32,000 nt of DNA from Planctomycetales bacterium (GTDB lineage Bacteria; 4484-113; JAFGCY01), in NCBI GenBank assembly GCA_022646745.1, contig CP060262.1, positions 3,240,001-3,272,000 of the forward strand. Reading direction: 5' to 3'. Below are positions 25,164 through 32,000 of the stretch, piece by piece. How positions within the stretch are numbered: the first letter of the stretch is position 1; every line of letters begins with the position of its first letter. The notes beneath the pieces are model-generated. The model searched no databases. It was not told the DNA's origin and was given only the letters and a program-made list of their open reading frames with translations. A program made the position numbers and the translations under genes.

Positions 25164-26559
25164 CCAGCTCACCGAACATTGCCAGGATACTGTCGCTGTC
25201 ACCTTCCAGCAGGCTGGCAACATCCAAGAGCAGCCTGCCCTGGCTGACATAACCGATCACCGGGGTGCTCACATGTCGCAGTTCGGCTTCGAGGACCTCT
25301 GCAGACCTGTCATCCGGCACAATGGCAACTGCACGGGATTCGTAATCCTGGTCAGGCAGGGAGCCACCACCTACGCTGGCAGTGCCTGCCACAACCTCGA
25401 TGGACCATGTAGGCCTGGCCTGCCTGATGCCGGCTGCCAGAGCTCCTGCCAATGCCTCAAGATCTTCCAGTTTTCGGTCCAGCTGTGTTGCCAGCAGGCT
25501 GACGGCTGACTGTGAAAAGTTCTGCAGGTACTGCGTAATCGTTGAGCTGAGTGCTGCAATGCACAGCTTGTCCAGGCGCAGCACGCGCCACAGGGCATTC
25601 TTCCGGATGCGCTCGATCCATTCCCGGCTGCCCAGCAGGATGCCGGCCTGTGGGCCACCCAGCAGCTTGTCACCGCTGATGCAGACAATGTCGGGGCCGG
25701 CTGCCAGCGTTTCCTGCACTTCAGGTTCATCCAGCTTGCCAAGTCCCTGCTGCCGCAAGTAGCCGCTGCCAAGATCCACCAGCACCGGCACCGCATAACG
25801 GCTACCGATCTCCACCAGTTCAGCCACACTGGCCTCCTCGGTGAAGCCACGGATGCGGTAATTGCTGGCATGTGTCTTCAGGATCAGGCCGGTGTGCTCA
25901 GTTATCGCCTTTTCATAGTCAGCGGCACGGGTGCGGTTGGTCGTTCCCACCTCGCGAAGCCTGCAGCCGGAGGCCGGGATCACATCCGGCACCCGGTAGC
26001 TGCCACCGATCTCCACAAGCTCTCCGCGGCTGGTGATCACTTCACGCTCGCGTGACATCGTGTTCAGCGCAATCATCATTGCCGCTGCGCAGTTGTTGAC
26101 CACCGTCGCATCCTCGCAGCCGAACAGCGCTGACAACTGGCGTGCCAGCTGCTTGTCACGCTTGCCGCGCTTACCGGTATCGAGGTCGAATTCAAGGCTG
26201 GAATAGCCGTTGGCAACTTCAGTGATTGCCTGCTGGGTCAGTGCAGTGAAGGGAGCCCGGCCGAGGTTTGTATGGAGCAGGATGCCAGTGGCGTTTACCA
26301 CCGGCCTGACTGCTGGTGCGCACAGCCTCTCCAGCCGATGCTTCAGCATAGATGCCACCGACTGTTCATCAGTCGGCCCGGCATAGCTCCCAGCCAGCAG
26401 GCCACTACGGATCTCAGAGATCAGTTCCCGGGCCTGGCCGACAACAACAGTGCGCTGGTATTGCTGCTGGAGCTGGATTCCCGTCGCACTGCTGAGCACC
26501 GCTTCTAGGTGCGGCAACTCCCTCAGCCTGCGATTGACGTCATTCATCACTTTATCCAC
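25156..26559 (-). CDS. selA: L-seryl-tRNA(Sec) selenium transferase
   Basis: VVNATGILLHTNLGRAP and ISGDKLLGGPQAGIL (PLP-lysine) motifs. GTG 26559 overlaps the selD stop by 8 nt (ATG 26547 is an alternative). Confidence 0.93.
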   Translation of the reverse strand: MDKVMNDVNRRLRELPHLEAVLSSATGIQLQQQYQRTVVVGQARELISEIRSGLLAGSYAGPTDEQSVASMLKHRLERLCAPAVRPVVNATGILLHTNLGRAPFTALTQQAITEVANGYSSLEFDLDTGKRGKRDKQLARQLSALFGCEDATVVNNCAAAMMIALNTMSREREVITSRGELVEIGGSYRVPDVIPASGCRLREVGTTNRTRAADYEKAITEHTGLILKTHASNYRIRGFTEEASVAELVEIGSRYAVPVLVDLGSGYLRQQGLGKLDEPEVQETLAAGPDIVCISGDKLLGGPQAGILLGSREWIERIRKNALWRVLRLDKLCIAALSSTITQYLQNFSQSAVSLLATQLDRKLEDLEALAGALAAGIRQARPTWSIEVVAGTASVGGGSLPDQDYESRAVAIVPDDRSAEVLEAELRHVSTPVIGYVSQGRLLLDVASLLEGDSDSILAMFGELDG

Positions 26560-27592
26560 GTACCTTGATCCGCCTTGGCTTCCCTGCCACGACTCGGCCT
26601 ATTTCCGCAATTTCTAGATTGTATCCTGCATCGCGCATGCGCCGGATGTATACGTCCGCCTGCGTTGGCGGTAGTGAGACAAGCAGTCCGCCACTGGTCT
26701 GGGCATCGTTGAGGATCATGCGCCAGTGTTCGCTGCCTGCTTCATAATCCACAAAGGCATCCGTGAACTCAGCATTACGGCTTGTGCCGCCGCAGATGTT
26801 GCCCTCATCGGCAAGTTGTTTCGTTCGTCCGATCAGCGGGATGGCTGCTGCATCAATCTCAATTCCAAGCTCTGTTGTGGACAGCATGTCCGAGGCATGG
26901 CCCAACAAGCCGAAGCCCGTTATATCTGTTGACGCGTGCGCTCCACAGGCATGCAGCTGCTCGGAGGCAATCCTGTTTAGGGTTGTCATTACTGAGATGC
27001 AACCTGCCAGGTCCTCTTCAGTCGCGTTGCCGGCATTATAGGCATGCACGACCACTGCGGAACCAATCGGCTTGGTCAGCACCAAAACGTCGCCCTCTTC
27101 CACCGTGGTATTGCGCAACAGGCGATCGGGATGCACCGTGCCGGTAACACTCAGGCCGAACATCACCACGTTGTTGAGGATGGTGTGCCCGCCGCTGATC
27201 ACCGCACCGGCCTGTTCCACGATTTCGCGGGCCCCATCCATCATGTCCACCAGCGCTGACTGGTCCTCATCCTTCGGCGCGGCCAGCAGGTTTAGGGCTG
27301 TCACCGGAGTGGCACCCATTGCATAGATGTCCGAAATGGCATTGGCCGCGGCAATCCGGCCGAAGTTGCGCGCATCGCTGATCATCGGCGGGAAGAAGTC
27401 GGTGGACTGCACGATAGCCAGGTCATCGCGCAGGCGGAATACGCCCGCGTCAGACCCGTGCAGCGGCCCGACCAGCAGGTCATTGTGCGTCATCACCGGC
27501 AGTTGTGACATCATTTCCGCGAGGTCACACGGACCCATCTTGGCGGCTCAACCGCCAGCGGCGCGGGCGACTGATTTAAGTTCCCTGGACAT
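26552..27592 (-). CDS. selD: Selenide, water dikinase (selenophosphate synthetase), selenocysteine-containing form
   Basis: Strong SD AAAGGAGGT precedes ATG 27592. The reading frame is MSRELKSVARAAGG-UGA-AAKMGPCDLAEM..., which matches the SelD active-site loop G-(C/U)-x-x-K. The rest (DAGVFRL..., AIR-synthase-like fold) is SelD-like. The track ORF starts only at 27538 because of the UGA. Confidence 0.9.
27517..27546 (-). promoter_or_regulatory. Candidate bacterial SECIS hairpin immediately 3' of the selD UGA
   Basis: The mRNA reads UGA-G-CCGC-CAAGAU-GGGUC-CGUGU-GACCU-C-GCGG. Lower stem CCGC/GCGG; upper stem GGGUC/GACCU; 5-nt G/U-containing apical loop about 17-21 nt after the UGA. Folded by eye only. 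Confidence 0.45.
27548..27550 (-). other. selD: In-frame UGA read as selenocysteine in selD (codon 15)
   Basis: The TGA is in frame between an SD-preceded ATG and the SelD body. It sits at the position occupied by Cys or Sec in known SelD proteins. selA, selB and tRNA-Sec are in the same operon. Confidence 0.85.
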
Positions 27593-27695
27593 GCGACCTC
27601 CTTTAATGAAATAGCAGTATCAACGATAACCTGTGTGCGGGTGCTACCCTCACAGGCTCCTATTTATACTCAAAGGAAGTTGTAAAGTAGTTAAG

Positions 27696-28844
27696 ATGGC
27701 CATTTATCTCGACCACGCAGCCAGCACTCCCGTGCATCCCGATGCTGCAGCGGCCATGCATGAAATCCACTGTGACCCGCTGCTGATGGCCAACCCCAGC
27801 AGCACACATGCATCCGGTCGCGAGGTGAAGGCCCGCCTCAATGACTTCCGGGCACGGGTAGCCCGCAGGTTCGAATGCGAGCCAGCCAGCGTGATATTCA
27901 ACAGCGGAGGCACGGAGGGCGACAACCACGCCCTGCTTGGCATGCTCGGCAGTGATCCCAGTGGGAAGCACCTGCTGATCAGTGCCATCGAACATGAAGC
28001 CGTCTGGGAAATGGCGCATCACTTACAGCGTCGTGGCCTGAAGCTCAGCATTGCTCCGGTAAACGAGCATGGCGAGACGGACCTCGAATTCGTCGAGGAC
28101 CTGCTGCTGTCCGAGCGACCTGATGCTGTCAGTGTGATGGCGGTGAACAATGAAACCGGCGTGGTGCAACCCGTCCGCGAACTGGCAGCAATCTGTTCCG
28201 AAAACCAGATTCCCTTCCACAGCGACTGCGTCCGCGTGGTCGGGCATGGCCTCGAAGAGATAATCACGGATGGAAACATCTACCTGCTGAATGGCACGGC
28301 GCACAAGTTCGGTGGACCACGCGGCTGCGGTGTACTGATAGACCGTAGGCGGATGCTGCCACCCTACTCCTTTGGCGGAGGCCACGAGCATGGACTGCGG
28401 AGCGGCACGGAAAACCTGGCTGGCATCGCCGGCCTGACTCTTGCGCTTGAGCTCGCAGACCGAGAGCACGCAGTCAAGGTGGAAACACTGCGCAAGTACC
28501 TTGAAACCCAGATCATGCGCCGCTTGCCGGCCAGCGTGATCCACGGCAGCGGTGCGATCCGCGCCACGCATATCACCAGCGTGGCCTTCCCGGGCCATAC
28601 GGCGGCATTCATGCAGCCCTGGCTGAGTGAACGCGGGTGCTTTGTGGGAACCGGCAGCGCCTGCCACGAGGGAGCTGCCAAGGGAAGCCGGGTGCTGCGC
28701 GCAATGGGTGTACCGCTCGAACTGGACATGGCCACGCTGCGCATCAGCCTGGGCTGGAATACGAAACTCATCGAGCTGGATGCGTTCCTGACACACCTCG
28801 AAGCCTGCCTGCAGGCCGAGCATTCCCTGGCGGGGTCAGCCTGA
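27696..28844 (+). CDS. Class V aminotransferase: NifS/IscS-like cysteine desulfurase (possible selenocysteine lyase)
   Basis: MAIYLDHAASTP N-terminus. PLP-lysine motif TAHKFGGPRGCG. Catalytic Cys loop GTGSACHEG. Divergent from selD. ATG 27696 is preferred over the track start at 27633. Confidence 0.88.
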   Translation: MAIYLDHAASTPVHPDAAAAMHEIHCDPLLMANPSSTHASGREVKARLNDFRARVARRFECEPASVIFNSGGTEGDNHALLGMLGSDPSGKHLLISAIEHEAVWEMAHHLQRRGLKLSIAPVNEHGETDLEFVEDLLLSERPDAVSVMAVNNETGVVQPVRELAAICSENQIPFHSDCVRVVGHGLEEIITDGNIYLLNGTAHKFGGPRGCGVLIDRRRMLPPYSFGGGHEHGLRSGTENLAGIAGLTLALELADREHAVKVETLRKYLETQIMRRLPASVIHGSGAIRATHITSVAFPGHTAAFMQPWLSERGCFVGTGSACHEGAAKGSRVLRAMGVPLELDMATLRISLGWNTKLIELDAFLTHLEACLQAEHSLAGSA

Positions 28845-29788
28845 TGCCTGATTCGAAGAGCATCCCCCTTGCCGGATCAGACGAAGTACGCATCCGCCAG
28901 GGCGTTGAACTGGCCAAGCACTGCCGCTTCGGTGTCGGCGGGCCGGCTGACTGGTTTGTTGAAGTACGCAGCGCCGCGGACATCCGCGAGGCCTACCGTT
29001 TCGCACGCGAACGAGACCTTCCCTGCTTCACCTACAGCGGTGGCAGCAACCTGTTCTTTGACAGCCGGGGCTTTCGTGGGCTGGTTGTACGACTGATAGG
29101 CGGAGGCTGGAATGTTGACCCTGACTCCCTGGTCGTTGATGTTTCCTCAGGTACGGACCTGCCACTGCTGATTCGCAACCTGGCGCGCCTTGGTATCGGC
29201 GGGGCTGACTTCCTTGGCAACATTCCCGGCGCAGTCGGTGGAGCCGTAGTTGGCAACGCAGGCTGCTATGGCCAGAGTATCGATGGCATGTTGATCTCAG
29301 CTGAGATTTACGACATTGAGGCAGATACGATGTTCACCGCCGAGCCGGATTACTTCGAGTTCAGCTACCGCCACAGCCGGCTCAAGTATGACCCGTTGCG
29401 CATGGTGGTCAGTGCCAGCCTGCGGTTCAGGGAAGCTGACCCGCTTGCAACCCTTGAAGCCGTCGAGGAGGAGTTGCAGCTCCGGCTCAGCAAGCATCCG
29501 CATGACTCGCGCTGCGCCGGATCATTTTTCAAGAACATCTCTCGTGAACAGTCCGCCTGGCGCATTATCACTGATGCCGGCATGGCCGACAGCCGGGTCG
29601 GTGGTGCGCAGCTTTCCCCGATGCATGCCAACTTCCTTATCAACGAGGATGCCGCCAGCAGCGATGACATCCTAGCGCTGTGCCGGATGGTCCAGCGCGG
29701 CGTGCGCGAGAAGCTGGGCATCGAAATGGAGACTGAGGTGCGTTACGTCGGCCAGTTCGGCATCGAGGAAATCAGGCCGGAGAGTTAA
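28844..29788 (+). CDS. murB: UDP-N-acetylenolpyruvoylglucosamine reductase
   Basis: FAD-binding N-domain FGVGGPADWFVEV...YSGGSNLFF and C-terminal ...GSFFKN...GGAQLSPMHANFLIN motifs. ATG 28844 overlaps the upstream TGA (TGATG). The track start at 28637 lies inside the previous gene. Confidence 0.9.
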   Translation: MPDSKSIPLAGSDEVRIRQGVELAKHCRFGVGGPADWFVEVRSAADIREAYRFARERDLPCFTYSGGSNLFFDSRGFRGLVVRLIGGGWNVDPDSLVVDVSSGTDLPLLIRNLARLGIGGADFLGNIPGAVGGAVVGNAGCYGQSIDGMLISAEIYDIEADTMFTAEPDYFEFSYRHSRLKYDPLRMVVSASLRFREADPLATLEAVEEELQLRLSKHPHDSRCAGSFFKNISREQSAWRIITDAGMADSRVGGAQLSPMHANFLINEDAASSDDILALCRMVQRGVREKLGIEMETEVRYVGQFGIEEIRPES

Positions 29789-29802
29789 TCCGGCGGACTG
29801 GA

Positions 29803-31218
29803 TCAGCTGGTGGTCGTCAGCTCACGTGGCATGCTCACCTTCAGCTTGTTGAAGCCGTTGAGCGCTGCGATCTTATAGGCCTCAGCCATCGTCGGGTAGT
29901 TGAACACCGTATCAATGAAGTAGTCCAGCCGTCCGCCGTTGATCATCACGCACTGGCCGATGTGGATCAGCTCCGTGCTTTCGAATCCGATGATGTGCAC
30001 GCCGAGGATCCGGTGGTCCTCCGGGTCGAACAGCAGCTTCACCATTCCGTCAGAGTTGCCCGTCATCTGCCCCTTGGCGGTGTCGCCAAAGTAACCGACG
30101 CCAGTCTCATAGCGGGTGCCGGCCTTTTTCAGGTTCTCCTCCGACTCTCCGATCATCGAAATGTCGGGACAGGTATAGATGCCGTAGGGGAAGAGCGGCT
30201 CGTAGGGGATGTCGTCAATCTGCAGGATGGCATTGGCCGCCTTGCGGCCCTGGTCAATGGAAGTGGCGGCCAGTGAGGGGAAACCGATCACGTCGCCTGC
30301 TGCATAGATGTGGTCAACGTTGGTCTTGTAATTTGAATCAACCTTGAGGTAGTCCTTATCCTCGACCTCCACGCCGGCCGCCGACAGGTTCAGCGTATTG
30401 GTGTTGCCCCAGCGCTGGGCGGCGATGAACATCATGTCGAACTGCAGTTCGTCACCCGCACGCGTAGTGGCACGGACGTCCTTCGGCCCGGCTACATGGA
30501 TGTCGGACAGCTCCTCTTCCATGTGGAATACAACGCCATGTCTCACCATGTGGCCCTTCAGCACCTCAATCAGTTCCCTGTCAACGAAGGGCAGCAGTGA
30601 CTTGTACTGGCTGACGACATGCACTTCGATTCCGAGCAGCGAGAACATGGCCGCATACTCGAGGCCGATCACACCGCCGCCGATGATGCAGAGCTTCTTT
30701 GGCAGGTAGCGCATCTCCAGGATGTCGTCCGTGTTGAAGATATGCACGTTGTCATACGGCGGGTTGTAATGCGAATAACTGCGGGCCCCGCTGCAGATGA
30801 TGAAGTTCTTGGCGGTGTAATCCTCTGTGCCGACGGTGTCTTCGACGCGCATTGTATGCGGGTCGAGGAAGTGGCCATGGCCGGAGATCACGTCCACGTG
30901 GTTGCGCACGAGCTGCGAATGGATCACGTCAATTTCGCGGCGGATAATGCGGTTACAGCGGTACAGGAGGTCATCGGAAGTGATGTTCTCCTTCACGCGG
31001 TAGTTATCGCCGTACATCTTCTTCTCGTGGTAGCCACTGAGGTAGATGATGGCGGAGCGGATGGTCTTTGAAGGGATGGTGCCGATGTGCAGGCAGTTAC
31101 CGCCCACGACCTGACGTTCATCGATGACCGCAACCTTGGCCCCGACCTTCCCGCACTTGATGGCGGCTTTCTGACCAGCTGGGCCGCAGCCGATAACGAT
31201 CACATCATAATCTGACAT
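29803..31218 (-). CDS. sthA: Soluble pyridine nucleotide transhydrogenase (Si-specific NAD(P)+ transhydrogenase)
   Basis: YDVIVIGCGPAGQKAA FAD motif. GGNCLHIGTIPSK has Thr in place of the second redox Cys, as in SthA and unlike LpdA. The C-terminal FNYPTMAEAYKIAALNG is nearly identical to E. coli SthA as I recall it. Confidence 0.85.
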   Translation of the reverse strand: MSDYDVIVIGCGPAGQKAAIKCGKVGAKVAVIDERQVVGGNCLHIGTIPSKTIRSAIIYLSGYHEKKMYGDNYRVKENITSDDLLYRCNRIIRREIDVIHSQLVRNHVDVISGHGHFLDPHTMRVEDTVGTEDYTAKNFIICSGARSYSHYNPPYDNVHIFNTDDILEMRYLPKKLCIIGGGVIGLEYAAMFSLLGIEVHVVSQYKSLLPFVDRELIEVLKGHMVRHGVVFHMEEELSDIHVAGPKDVRATTRAGDELQFDMMFIAAQRWGNTNTLNLSAAGVEVEDKDYLKVDSNYKTNVDHIYAAGDVIGFPSLAATSIDQGRKAANAILQIDDIPYEPLFPYGIYTCPDISMIGESEENLKKAGTRYETGVGYFGDTAKGQMTGNSDGMVKLLFDPEDHRILGVHIIGFESTELIHIGQCVMINGGRLDYFIDTVFNYPTMAEAYKIAALNGFNKLKVSMPRELTTTS

Positions 31219-31227
31219 GGCGCACTA

Positions 31228-31255
31228 ATTATCCACCTGCGATCAACATCCGCAA
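31228..31255 (-). promoter_or_regulatory. Candidate sigma70-type promoter of sthA (TTGCGG-16 nt-GATAAT)
   Basis: The minus strand has TTGCGG (31255-31250), a 16-nt spacer and GATAAT (31233-31228). The ATG lies 9 nt downstream of the -10 box with no SD. Confidence 0.4.
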
Positions 31256-31403
31256 GTCTTATAACAGGATTGAAGCCCGGCTTCACAAATAGAGAAACCT
31301 TGCCACGCGGATACTGTACCGCCTGACCGGAGAAATGCCATACTAGGGGTCCGATATCCCATGTGCATCGAGCTTCTTTCAACATCAGGGCCGGACACAG
31401 TCC

Positions 31404-32000
31404 ATGGCTAACCTGAGACCCCAGGGGCCACTGTTTGATGCTGCGAGCACGGCAGTCAGCCGCATGGCGCAGCAATATGAGCGTGGCAGGGCGAATGCCA
31501 GCTACATTGCAGCAGCATTGCTGGCCATTCCGATCGGTCTTCTGCCATTGGTCCTTTCCCGCAACTTGGCTGACATTCTGAATGCTCCCCTGAATGGCCA
31601 GCTCTTCAGGTTACCAGCCATGGACACGCAGGGAAGCATCTACATGGTCGCGGCGCTGATCATCAGCCTCGGTTTCATTGTGCTAATGAATGTACTGGCA
31701 GATCGACAATACAACCAGATGCTGGAAACCTCGTCCCAGCTGCTTTCAGGGAGCACCCTGTCCATGCTGATCCTCGACAGCAACACTGCCCGGGAAATGT
31801 CTGCAGAGATGAAAGGAGCGGTTTTGCCGGAAATCCTTTCGAATCGTGGAGGAGAGTCGATCAATGAACTGGCTGCATTCTATGCCCTGTACCATGACAC
31901 TTTCCATCGAAAGGCACTTGGAAAGGAACATGCTTCAATGGCAATGCTGGTTCGCCAAGACATGGTACTCAACCTGCTGCTGGCCCTTGTGACTAACCTC
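31404..32000 (+). CDS. 5' part of an ORF running off the right edge; membrane protein of unknown function
   Basis: ATG 31404 is the first start after an in-frame TAG (31344-31346). The frame stays open for 199 codons to the window end. Two TM-like segments (YIAAALLAIPIGLLPLVL, IYMVAALIISLGFIVLMNVL). It is not in the ORF track because no stop is reached. Confidence 0.5.
   Translation, partial: MANLRPQGPLFDAASTAVSRMAQQYERGRANASYIAAALLAIPIGLLPLVLSRNLADILNAPLNGQLFRLPAMDTQGSIYMVAALIISLGFIVLMNVLADRQYNQMLETSSQLLSGSTLSMLILDSNTAREMSAEMKGAVLPEILSNRGGESINELAAFYALYHDTFHRKALGKEHASMAMLVRQDMVLNLLLALVTNL

Noticed and set aside
25164-25250. 29-codon N-terminal extension of selB (MSARAGCSWMLPACWK...)
   Set aside because: It lies inside the selA coding region. 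The conserved G1 motif follows directly after ATG 25163, which overlaps the selA stop in the usual coupled arrangement.
28637-28843. Long N-terminal extensions of murB (from 28637) and of the cysteine desulfurase (27633-27695)
   Set aside because: The murB extension overlaps the desulfurase gene out of frame and is Arg/Gly/Pro-rich. The conserved N-termini start at ATG 28844 and ATG 27696 respectively.
29803-31218. Annotation as dihydrolipoamide dehydrogenase (lpdA)
   Set aside because: The redox-disulfide motif CxxxxC is replaced by CLHIGT (one Cys only), and the C-terminus matches SthA. No E1/E2 genes are adjacent.
1-32000. CRISPR arrays, tandem or dispersed repeats, transposases, toxin-antitoxin or defence-island-like content
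   Set aside because: Reading both strands, I found no spaced direct repeats, no IS-type inverted repeats and no recognisable defence or mobility genes. The window looks like core chromosome. A computational repeat search would be needed to exclude short dispersed repeats.

Overview
GC-rich, tightly packed chromosomal segment. An outer-membrane beta-barrel gene and lipoprotein genes suggest a diderm bacterium, but the lineage cannot be assigned from this window. I call about 35 protein genes and one tRNA. Most spacers are very short, and many gene ends overlap. I saw no CRISPR array, transposase, integrase or long repeat. Content is mostly housekeeping: sixA, prfB, uppP, bshA, thiE/thiS, nadD, rplU-rpmA-obg, alr, murB and sthA.

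Main points:
1. The Obg gene in the conserved rplU-rpmA-obg-nadD locus keeps the glycine-rich Obg fold but has none of the GTPase motifs. It is a candidate pseudo-GTPase.
2. A complete selenocysteine operon, selD-selA-selB-tRNA(Sec), is present. selD is itself a selenoprotein: it has an in-frame UGA that the ORF track truncates, followed by a candidate SECIS hairpin. A NifS-like cysteine desulfurase is transcribed divergently from it.
3. prfB carries the classical +1 programmed frameshift (CTT TGA C).
4. Many operon-initial genes have a -10-like box 6-9 nt upstream of the start codon and no Shine-Dalgarno sequence, which suggests widespread leaderless mRNAs.
5. Two tandem lipoproteins share a C-terminal IPT/TIG-like module. 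One has PKD repeats. The other appears to have both a cohesin-like and a dockerin-like module.
6. ThiE carries an unexplained N-terminal extension of about 170 aa and is translationally coupled to bshA.

The long reverse-strand ORFs in the track are GC-driven shadow ORFs. I did not find a clear-cut new multi-gene system. The degenerate Obg is the most unusual item.
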